From Macrostomum lignano (Eukaryota), in the NCBI GenBank assembly GCA_002269645.1, contig NIVC01003151.1, positions 1 to 64,000 on the forward strand: DNA of 64,000 nt, written 5' to 3'. Shown piece by piece: positions 1 through 11,086 of the stretch. A model generated the notes under the pieces. It was not told where the DNA came from and ran no database searches. It was given only the letters and a program-made list of their open reading frames with translations. Position numbers and translations under genes: made by a program. Position 1 is the first letter of the stretch. The number at the start of each line of letters is the position of its first letter.

Positions 1-317
1 CTAGCTTTTGTGTAAGTTGTGAATGTCTGTCCGGTAGCGTAGCTTTGTACATGTACAGCCTGCGATTAATTGCTGCTTGAATAATACCTCTTAGTGTTCT
101 TCTGTCTATGCATGTCTGCCCAGTCTGACTATACCATACGTGCCTGTAACCTGTCATGGCTGTGTCAGTCGAGGCAGGGCTGCAAAGTCTTCCTTGCCAC
201 CGCGTACACTGCGTGTACGTTTATACGACGTCGGTAGCGTACGCAGAGGAGGACAGGAGGGGCTGTGGCCTCTCCCCCCAATCGCACCAATAAAAATTGC
301 TCTTCTCAAGACAGGCA

Positions 318-785
318 CAGGCGCGCCACCAAGAGACAGGGCGCCCACCAAGAGACAGGGGCGCCCACCAAGAGACAGGGGCGCCACCAAGAGACAGGGG
401 CGCCCACCAAGAGCAGGGGCGCCCACCAAGAGAAGGGGCGCCCACCAAGACACAGGGGCGCCCACCAAGAGACAGGGGCCAGTGGCGTACCAAATCCAAT
501 CGCCTGGGGGGGGGTTGGGTTGAGTGCGGCGGGTACCAAAAACCATGAGGCAATTGAGTGCCTGCGGCGCCAAAATGAGTGCCTGCTGCGGCGCCAAAAT
601 GAGTGCCTGCGCGCGCCAAAATGAGTGCCTGCGGCGCCAAAATGAGTGCCTGCGGCGCCAAAAGTGGCAATGGCATAAGGCTGGTCAGCCAGGCCAACCC
701 GCCCCCCCCCAATTGAAATTCCTGGCTACGCCACTGACAGGGGCGCCCCACCAAGAGACACGGGGCCGCCCACCAAGAGACAGCT
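318..785. repeat. ~20-bp minisatellite (ggcgcccaccaagagacagg) interrupted by a MITE
   Basis: Units at ~318-479, resuming at 737-785 after the insertion. Confidence 0.9.
480..736. mobile_element. Non-autonomous hAT-type MITE
   Basis: 10-bp TIRs cagtggcgta (480-489) and tacgccactg (727-736). 8-bp direct repeat acaggggc at 472-479 and 737-744. Internal 21-bp tandem repeat ggcgccaaaatgagtgcctgc. Confidence 0.75.
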
Positions 786-2458
786 ACATGTAGGGGTTCC
801 CGCCTAGCAGAACAACACTGCAAAAGCTTACTGCACAAAGTGTCGAAAAGATCGCATTGCAGTACATTGCATTGATTTTGACAGCACGATTACGATGAAA
901 AATTTACAGTGCGATCGATATGAATGGGAATTTTTACTTACTGTCGGTCTGAAATGTTAACTCTGTTGATTTCGGTCCTGCTAGAAAAGCTCATCTCCAT
1001 ACGTCTTTGTACTCGATCGTCGAGCCCGTGGACACTTAGCTTAATATCTTAATTAGATCTTTAGACCTTAGCACCAGAACGGAAATTGGAATAATTGCGA
1101 AGGTCAAGTCAAGTCAGCCACGTCATTTTTTATTGCCCGGGGGGTTGCCTGATGGTGCCTGAGGGTTTCTGTTGCTGCAAGGAGGGGTACACATGTAGCT
1201 ACTTGTTAATTGGATTCAGTCGACATTGATTGTGACTGCCAATTTAGTTTCCTACACGTACATTTATTTCCCTAATAGTCTAGAATTTATTGCACAATCC
1301 CACATGGTTTTGAGTAGGGATTCCCACACAACCTAGCCAATCCCGTTACGATGCCGTGCTAGCGGCTATAATGTAGTAGGCAGGTTGCGGACGACGTCGC
1401 TTGAATGCCGCACCGCAGTACATTCAGTCAAGGAGGAGACAAATTTAATCCTTTATATCCCACCTCCAGCTCAAACTGACGGTCGTACACACCAGCTATA
1501 TGGACCTATTATATGTACATGTATGGTCATCTCTTTTCCGATTAGGATTCGCTATTCCTCCCGCGGTTAATTCTTACATGTACATGTGTACACCGAACTT
1601 CAGAAAATAATTGCGTTCCTATAAGGTTTCAAGTTACTACTGTCAGTAAATGATACGCAAATATAGTACATATTTCAATTACTGGCGGGATCGGCAAACC
1701 GAGGCCGAGGCATTCAAATCGCGAGGCTTTTTTCACTGGGCATGTACCTTTGACTTTAGCAGATGTCCATAATGCTCCTATACATTGGGAAAGCCTATAG
1801 AATCTGAAATTCATCGCGTTCATTCGATCAAATCAATTAGATTTAGATTTGCTTTTCAATCTTCCGAGCCGCGGCCGGGATCAAGAGGGAATCATGCAGC
1901 TTATAATAGTAATAGCTTATACAATAGTGCCGTAATATATTCACATACAAGTAGCTACGATACCCACTAGAATACGCATATATGTACAGAGCAGGCGCGT
2001 TGCTAATCTTAATTAATAATCTAACCGCAAACCGCAAACCGCAAATGTAACCGCACAATCATGTACATGAGCCCTACCCCAGCTTAAACCCTAACGTCAA
2101 TTTAAAGGGCCGGTATTCTCTTTTCAACAAAAATGAACGGCCTAATCTATTGTGAGAGTCATTAAAATTTTGCGGACATAATTCCAAAAATTTGAATAAG
2201 AAGAAGTGCATTTTTAATAAATTTTATTGCGCTTTATTAACAGCCGCAGAAGAGTGCAACTGAATGTTCTATTTAAAGAAAATAGCTATTATTATATTCA
2301 GTTTCTTACAAACTGTCAGAATCTGTCACAATCTGTCAAAATTGGTATCATTATTGTGTAATCTCGTTGTGAAACCACAGTTCTGTAAGCGGAAAGGATT
2401 CCTATCTCACATTAGGCCTAGTATCTGTTTGGTACACATCAATATCTATTAGAATCGA

Positions 2459-3678
2459 ATGCCAAGAGGTAAATTGAATTTGTAAACTGTTGTATAAAAT
2501 CGTGTCCATTTTTTGTGTAAATTTACCACTTAATTAATAAAATAATTCTTACTTTTTCGAGAAGTGTACTTTTTCACCTGGCACATTTGTCTTGGAACTT
2601 TGGCTTACTCTGCTTAGGCCTATCATTACCAAATTTTCTGTGTATTAAAGGACTATAGTTTAGGCCTAATATTTAATATGTATAGGTGGCATAGGCCTAA
2701 CATGAGTTATTGTAATTGTTAAATACTTCACTAATCAATTTCACTAGTTTCTTAAAGGTATAGTACAAATCATCAAATGCAATAGGTACCAAAATTCTAG
2801 CTAGGTACTAATAAATAGGCACTAGAATGCATTCTTACCTAGGCCTAATCTAATTACTAATATAATTAAACACAATTTTATCAATCTAAATATCTAGGCT
2901 AGAGTCTAGACTAAATTATAAAATTTCATTTATTTACTAATACAAGTCAAAATTGTCAAAAAGTACAATATTTGAATGAATTCTCAATCTCAAAACCCAT
3001 GAATTGTTGTTACCAAATCAAAAGATTTGCTATTTGATCTACAAATTTCTAGATTTGTGATAGACACTTTTTATTAGGCCTATTATTAAAATTTATTTTT
3101 TATACATAGTTTTAAATTCTTTTAGCAATGAATCTTATTAAAGAATGATAATAATATATTTTACAAGGCCAACTCCTCCATTGGAGGAGAAAGGGGATAG
3201 AACTCCCATTGCCAAAATTCCATTCCCTGAAATCTAGCCTATCCCATGACCCAAATTCTATCTTCCAAATCCTCTCCAAATCCTTTCTAAAACCTCTCAA
3301 ATACTATTTCTTTACTGCCATTGTTTAGACTAAGACTCTCTAATGTTTCCTCTCTCCTCTTTGCAGTCTTTGGTCTCTTATCTTTAATCTCTCCTTTCTT
3401 CTCTTTGCTCTCATCTCTTATCTATTAGGCCTATCTATTATCCTTTCTTCTCTTTGCTCTCGTCTCTTATCTATTATCTCTAATCTCTCCTTTCTGTGTT
3501 CTTATATTTATATCTATTCTCCTTTCTCCTCACTACTTTCTCTTCTCTACTCTTTCATCTCTTCTCTTTTCCCTCATCTTCTACTCTCTTATTTCCTCTC
3601 TCGTCTGGTCTCTACTCCCTCTATCTCCTCTCTACTCTCTCCTTTCTTATCTCCTCTCTTTTTTCTCTCTCTCTCTCA

Positions 3679-3709
<31 letters not shown>

Positions 3710-3716
3710 CCCTCTC

Positions 3717-3764
<48 letters not shown>

Positions 3765-6700
3765 ATTTCTCTTTCTCTCTCCTTTTTTCTTCTCTCTTTT
3801 CTCTCATCTCTCTCTCTCTCTCTCTCTCTTTCTTCTCTCGTGTCTGTACTTTCTTATATTTGCTCTCCTCTTTTTTCCTCTCCTCTCTTTTCTTCTCTTT
3901 ACTCTCTCTTCTCTCTCCCTCTTCATTCCTGCCTCACCCTTCTCTCTCCCCTCAGTCATCTCTAATCTCTCCTCTCTCATATCTACTCACTTTTATATTA
4001 TCTCTCTTCTCTTCTCCTTTCTTTCTTTTCTCTACTCTCTTTTTTTACTGACTAAAGGTGCCAATAATAAAACCAATTGAAATTTGTCACTCACCTTCAT
4101 TACTCTGAAATTACTTAAATGATAGCTGGCTTGAATGTGTGTACGCAACCCCCCCTGATCTCTTGGTCTCTGACTTTAACTTATTGCAAAAATGACTACA
4201 ATCTTAGCAGAAAGTTTAAAGTATGGAAATTGTTTTTAGAATGCTGTGTTTTTTGCGTTCATATTAAAAGCAAACAACTTATATCCCTGAACTTAGCATT
4301 GCAAGATCTTTCCAACAATATAAATCTCTCCTCTCAAAGTTTATAACTCAAGGAACAGTTAGCATTTGAAATTTTCCAGTTTCCCAATTGCTTGCTACAT
4401 AGAGGCTTGCAAGTTTATTCATTGAATTTCACTGTCCAGCAAATACATAGGGCTGCATATTAAAAGATGCCAATAATAAAACCAATTGAATCTTGACACA
4501 GTTTTATCTTTTTACACTATACAGCTGCTATGTACACTCAACCCAAGCCCAACCCCCTCTTTTAGAGGAATCAATAAATTTAATTGCGCCTCCAACATGC
4601 AAGGGTTTATTTGTATTGAATGCACAACACATGTCACCCACCCTCCTATACACAGCAACTTGCAAGAGGAGGTTGGGGTGGTTATTTTTACAAACATGCC
4701 ACCACCTTTCTACTAAAGAGGCAAACTGGCCAAAGAGGTTAAGAAAACAGTTTTCTGCTTTTTTTCATAGACTTAATTTTGAAAATTTCAACATTAAAAT
4801 AGCCTATTTGTTGCATAGGAAAATTTTGCATTGATATATAAACATATATATGTTTCGCATTTGAGTTGGCAGCCATCTAGGAAGAGATACGCATTTAACC
4901 TGGCTAGTCAATCAATCGATTGGCCTACTCAGCTTTAGATATAAGATATAAATAAGTTTATTTTATGAATATTATAAAAAAATTATAAAAACAAATTAAA
5001 AACTTATTTAGCCTTTTTTGATAATAGGGCTATACTCTTATATATATTACATGGAATGCCAGAAAAAATTACCTCCCTAGATCATAAATTTAAGTTTATA
5101 CCAAGAATCAACTTTACTCGTGATATATACACTGGAAATTATTAAAGGTATTGCCACAATATAGAACCTTTTTGCATTGCAACAATACAGGACCTTTTTG
5201 TATTATGACATTTTGTTCCTTTGTATGCCAACAGCTATGCCATATATTGGCTCTATGGCGCAATTTTCTGGCAGATTGTTCTTTATGTTGGATACTTCAT
5301 ACCAATCATTTTTTCAAATCTATTGTATGCTGGAATTTTCTAGTGTATATATAAGATTTGGAAGTAAGGGTAATAAAGTCCTGTAGATTCTAGATATCCA
5401 AATAATTAATTAGATTTTATTAGATTTGCCTATTATTTTTGCTACTAGAAGCATACTTTTTTATAGATACCTATCTATTAAGCCTTATTATAGCCAAAAG
5501 ATATTTCTATAGATAATAATTTAGAGCAATTCAATAATTAGTTAACATATTACTAGCTTGTATATTAAGGCCTAAGCGTTTGCAGTAAAGAAAGGAGATT
5601 CTTGCTTTTGTTTGATTCACTTTTAACATTTTATATCTCGAATTTGGATATTAGATACCAAATAAATACCTTTATCCAAGCTAAATGCCATTTCAGTCTA
5701 TTCATAGTTTCATGTTTTTGTAAAATATTTTTTTTATTATATTTTTGTAGGTCAAAGAGGCCTAGCAGTTTTTTAATCAAGGACAAGACAACATCAAAGT
5801 TGCTTAGGTAGTAGAGCTGACTGATGATGTGAAATCTTTGTTAAGCTTGTGACAGTACTGGATATTCCATGCAATCTTGCACACCAATTGCCCTAACCTT
5901 GCAATGCAATCCAGGCCGCGGTCCGCAGCACAAGGGCGCCAGGCGTCAGTTTACAGATGAGGACACGCTGGCCCGCGAGGTCCAGGAGCTCAATGTTAGA
6001 GAGGGCGGCGGTGGTCGAAGCAAGAAAAAGGAAGAAAGCGACGAGAGCGACTCGTCTGAGGATGAGGCCGAGGATGCTGGAGCCGCTGGCGGCAGCGGAG
6101 ACGAGGATGGAGAGAAGACTAAGGTGAGAAAAGGAAATCATTTTCTAGCCATTGGAACTCCGTTTTTTAGAAGCCTTTTTCAAACTTCTCGGTAATTATT
6201 GATCCCAGAATTTTCGTTTGATCCCCGATGGGAATCCCGACCTATTTAATCTCTATCAGGAATCCCCATCTGATCCCATTGAGAACCCTTATCTTATCCC
6301 ATTAAGAATCCCTATCTAATCCCATTTAGAATCCCTATCTGATCCCATTGAGAATCCCATCTGATCCCATTGAGAATCCCTATCTGATCCCATTGAGGAT
6401 CACTATCTGATCCCATTGAGAATCCCCTTCTGATCCCATTGAGAGTCCCTATCTTATCCCAATAAGAATCCCTATCTGATCCCATTGAGGATCCCATCTG
6501 ATCCCATTGGGAATCCCTATCTGATCCCATTGAGAATCCCCTTCTGATCCCATTGAGAGTCCCTATCTGATCCCAATAAGAATCCCTATCTGATCCCATT
6601 GAGGATCCCATCTGATCCCATTAAGAATCCCATCTGATCCCATTGAGAATCCCTATCTGATCCCATTGAGAATCCCATTAAGAATCCCATCTGATCCCAT

Positions 6701-8584
6701 TGAGAATTCCTATCTGATCCCAATAAGCATCTGTATCTGATCCCATTGAGGATCCCATTTGATCCCATTGGGAATCCCCATCTGATATCATTGAGAATCC
6801 CTATCTAATCCCATTGAGAATTCCTTTCTGATCCCATTGAAAATCCCATCTGATCCCATTGGAAATCTCATCTGATCCCATTGGGAATCCCATCTGATCC
6901 CATTGGGAATCCCATCTGATCCCTTTGGGAATCCCATCTAATCCCATTAGGAATCCCATCTGATCCCATTGGGAATCCCATCTGATCCCATTGGGAATCC
7001 CATCTGATCCCATTGGGAATCCCATCCGACCCCACAAACTGCCGCAGGCGCACGGCGTGGAGAACCTGATCCAGTCGGAGAACCCGAACCGGCAGCCGGC
7101 CGCTACCAAGTCGGTGAAGAAGCTCGGAGCGGACGCCCCGGCCCCCGAGCTGTCCCGCCGCGAACGGGAGGAGCTGCAGCGGCAGCGAGATCGCGAGGCC
7201 TACGAGAGGCTGCACGCCCAGCACAAGACTGCCGAGGCTCAGGTTGTTGCTCCTGTTGTGTGTTTTTATTTGCGCAGCTGGCATTTGGAAATAGTCGAGT
7301 AGTTTCCATGATAATTTAAATTGAAAATTGAACCTCTGCTCGAGCTGAATTTCGAATAGCATCTTCGATTTCTCAGATTTTCCGACCTTTTCTAATCAAT
7401 CTAATCTAGCCCTAAGCTATTTGTACTCGCTAGGCTCCCTAAGTGCCTAGTCGCCTAATTTGGTGCCTAAGCTAATCACCTAATCTGATCCGTACCTAGC
7501 TCGTGCTGTGATCCTTTTTTCGCATTTGATCTCTAATTATCTAGTACTGTAATATGCTTAGTCACCTGTGTGATTCCTAATCACAATATGATCTCTAATC
7601 ATCTAGTACTCTTGTACTCATAATATCCTTAATCACCTGCGTGATTCCTAACACCTAATATGATCTCTAAACACCTAAAAAATACGATCCCTAATCATCT
7701 AATATGATCATTAATCACCTAATATGATCCCTAATCACCTAATACGATCCCTAATCACCTAATATGATCCCTAATCATCTAGTACGATCCCTAATCACCT
7801 AATATGATCCTTAATCACCTAATATGATCCCTAATCATCTAATAAGATCCTTAATCACCTAATATGATCCTTAATCACCTAATATGATCCCTAATCATCT
7901 AATAAAATCCTTAATCATCTAATGTGATCATTAATCACCTAATATGATCCCTAATCACCTAATATGATCCTAATCATCTAATACGATCCCTAATCACCTA
8001 GTATGATCCCTAATCACCTAATATGATCCCTAATCACCTAATATGATCTTAATCACCTAATATGATCCCTAATCATCTAGTACGATCCCTAATCACCTAA
8101 TATGATCCATAATCATCTAGTATGATCCCTAATCACCTAATATGATCCATAATCATCTGTATGATTCCTAATCATCTGTGTGATCCCTAATAACCTAATA
8201 TGATTCCTAATCATCTGGTGTGATCCCTAATAACCTAATATGACTCCTAATCACCTAATAAAATCTCTAATCACGTAATATGATCCGCAATTGCCTATTC
8301 GAATCTAGCAGATATTTGCTAATCTAATGCGGTCCCTCACAACCCTGCAGGCGGACCTCGCCCGCCTGGCTATTGTGCGCGCCCAACGCGAGGAGGCGGC
8401 CAAAAAGCGCGAAGCGGAGCGCCAGGCCAAGGAGGTTGAGGCGCAGCGCCGGCGCGAGGAAGTGGAGCGCGGCACGGCCAGCAGGCCGGCCGCCGTAGGC
8501 CGGGGCGGACGGAGCCGGGCAAAGAAGGAGCGCGAGAAGGAGAAGAAGCAGCAGGCTGCCGCGGGTGGCAGCGCGAACTCTTGA
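2459..8584 (+). CDS. PDAP1: PDGFA-associated protein 1 (28-kDa heat- and acid-stable phosphoprotein), ~215 aa
   Basis: Exons 2459-2468 (ATG CCA AGA G|gtaaat), 5915-6123, 7048-7242, 8351-8584, all GT-AG and in phase. Motifs HKGARRQF, GVENLIQSENPNR, ELSRREREE and ADLARLAIVRAQREEAA match the PDAP1 family. The 10-nt first exon is the least certain part. Confidence 0.9.
3340..4050. repeat. CT-rich low-complexity / (CT)n tract in PDAP1 intron 1
   Basis: Almost pure pyrimidine tract containing (CT)n runs. Confidence 0.9.
6262..7027. repeat. 21-22-bp minisatellite (gatcccattgagaatcccatct) in PDAP1 intron 2
   Basis: Degenerate tandem units ending just before the 7048 acceptor. Confidence 0.9.
7560..8290. 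repeat. 20-bp minisatellite (aatcacctaatatgatccct) in PDAP1 intron 3
   Basis: Tandem units directly visible. Confidence 0.9.
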
Positions 8585-8681
8585 ATCAGAATTATTTTGC
8601 TGTGCGTGTTCGGGCTCGCTTGTCTTTTAATATTGTTATTAGTATATAAATAAGTATTGGTTTATTTAAAAAATCGCGAGG

Positions 8682-9625
8682 TTTGAAAGTGTGAACCTTC
8701 GCATCCTGAGGTGTGAAAGTGTGAACCTTTGCATCCTGAGGTGTGAAAGTGTGAATCTTTGCATTCTGAGGTGTGAAAGTGTGAAACTTTGCATCCTGAG
8801 CTGTGAAAGTGTGAATCTTTGCATCCTGAGGTGTGAAAGTGTGAATCTTTGCATCCTGAGGTGTGAAAGTGTGAATCTTTGCATCTGAGGTGTGAAAGTG
8901 TGAAACTTTGCATCCTGAGCTGTGAAAGTGTGAATCTTTGCATCCTGAGGTGTGAAAGTGTGAATCTTTGCATCCTGAGGTGTGAAAGTGTGAACCTTCG
9001 CATCCTGAGGTGTGAAAGTGTGATCCTTTGCATCCTGAGGTGTGAAAGTGTGAATCTTGCATCCTGAGGTGTGAAAGTGTGAATCGCATCCTGAGGTGTG
9101 AAAGTGTGAACCTTTGCATCCTGAGGTGTGAAAGTGTGATCATTCGCGTCCTGAGGTGTGAAAGTGTGACCTTCGCATCCTGAGGTGTGAAAGTGTGATC
9201 ATTCGCGTCCTGAGGTGTGAAAGTGTGAACCTTCGCATCCTGAGGTGTGAAAGTGTGATCATTCGCGTCCTGAGGTGTGAAAGTGTGATCATTCGCGTCC
9301 TGAGGTGTGAAAGTGTGAACCTTCGCATCCTGAGGTGTGAAAGTGTGATCATTCGCGTCCTGAGGTGTGAAAGTGTGAACCTTCGCATCCTGAGGTGTGA
9401 AAGTGATCATTCGCGTCCTGAGGTGTGAAAGTGTGAACCTTTGCATCCTGAGGTGTGAAAGTGTGAATCTTTGCATCCTGAGGTGTGAAAGTGTGAGCCT
9501 TCGCATCCTGAGGTGTGAAAGTGTGAATCTTTGCATCCTGAGGTGTGAAAGTGTGAGCCTTCACATACCGAGGTGTGAAAGTATGATCCTTCACATCATG
9601 AGGAGGTGTGAAAGTGTGATCCATC
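8682..9625. repeat. 30-bp minisatellite (gaggtgtgaaagtgtgaatctttgcatcct) downstream of PDAP1
   Basis: About 30 tandem units; accounts for the repetitive ORFs at 8592-9666. Confidence 0.95.
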
Positions 9626-10366
9626 ACACTCTGAAGTGTTATAATATTCAGATCCTGAAATACTAATGTACTTTATCTGTAAGTGTTAAGTCCTAAAGTC
9701 CTGAGTTGAGGCGCTAGAGCTGTACCGATAGTTACACCTGAAGTGTCCAATTTCTAGATTTTAAAATATAGTGAACTATTAATCCTCATTTTGTTGAGCA
9801 TTCGCTAATTATCAATATGTGGTTAATTTTTCCTGGGTACAACTGTTGTAATTGTGGTAATTTCAATGGGTTAAGGCAGAATGTGTGCTAATCCAGCTGA
9901 AAAATATTTACATAAATAATTGAACTGAATTAAATTAAAACTAACGACAAAGGCTTGACGAAAATGTTAGAGAATATTTCGTTGTAAAAAATAAATTTGT
10001 TGTGTTTAAGTCGCAGCTCGCTACTGCACGAGTGAGTAGCTGTACTGACGTTTGACTTGTGGTCCTGCAATGGCCGTTTATTGTTGACTACAACGTAATT
10101 TGTAGACTTTTTAAAGGATTATTAATTTATATTGATGTAGACACGGCCTGGGCCTCTCCAATAATTTTTGCGTACCCTCCCCTATGATCCCTGTGCTTAT
10201 CACCCACCCCACTACCCCGCGCACCAACCCCACCTTTTTATTTATTGTTTAAAATCATTCACGCTTTTGGAAGTTTTATGACCCCTATCTTCTATAGCCT
10301 GATACGTAATCCCCCATCATAAATCATTATCATATAAATCATAGATAAATCATAATAATTTCTCGT

Positions 10367-10397
10367 CCAATCACAGCGCGGCTGGCGGGTGACGTCA
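10367..10397. promoter_or_regulatory. CCAAT box plus palindromic CRE (TGACGTCA)
   Basis: CCAAT at 10367-10371 and TGACGTCA at 10390-10397 in a CpG-rich patch. Function not shown. Confidence 0.35.
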
Positions 10398-11086
10398 TCA
10401 GGGTTGCTTGACGCGTGATCTCAGGGTTCGGTCTCGAACCGCGGGTCATCGGGTTCCCCTCTGAAGTTCTACAAGTTAATCTCCTAGGACCAAGCTAATT
10501 TCCCCTAAACCCTAAACACTGATTGCTCCCAGATCCTCAGGATCATCCTAATAGACATTGTAGCCTAGAATCGCCCACCAACTAAAGATCACCCCTGTGC
10601 AAAAGTCCTCGTTTCCAGCACTGACTAGACTCATTGTATGCCTGGCATAGAGTCGGCCATTTCTAGTACAGTCTTGTTAGTGAGTTTTTACCGGATGTAC
10701 GGGCTTGCACAGGTGACTGGTGGTGGCCACTCCTTTGGCGACTGGCGTGTACCTTTAAACAACCCGGGCCCGCTGCTAGATAATGAGATCTTGGCCACAA
10801 CGTCAGCTACCACACCACCCAGAAGTGGACAAAGTCTAGGGGGCGAGGCTTGGCTGCTGATTGCTGAAATTTTCACAGGTTTTTCAACAGGTGTTTTCAT
10901 GCAGCCCTGGTTACGTCAATATATCGTGCAAGATCACGTTCTATACTATATACTAGAGTCTAGACGGCAGTCCTAAGCTGCACTCCAGGAGTCTCTTTCT
11001 CTCCAACTCTTACTGCACGGGCTTCGTGTTCTAGTCTCTAAACTAAATAGAAGTCCACAGCTGAGCTATCTTTTATTATGAGCTAA

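Noticed and set aside
140-838. Overlapping ORFs on both strands
   Set aside because: Translations of the 20- and 21-bp repeats; no domain content.
3496-4080. L/S/F-rich membrane-like ORFs (also 33715-34716)
   Set aside because: Artefacts of CT-rich tracts.
8592-9666. Repetitive ORFs and a possible CRISPR array
   Set aside because: Head-to-tail 30-bp units with no unique spacers, no cas genes, and a eukaryotic context.
10638-10976. 112-aa ORF
   Set aside because: No recognisable motif or splice structure; could be a repeat remnant.
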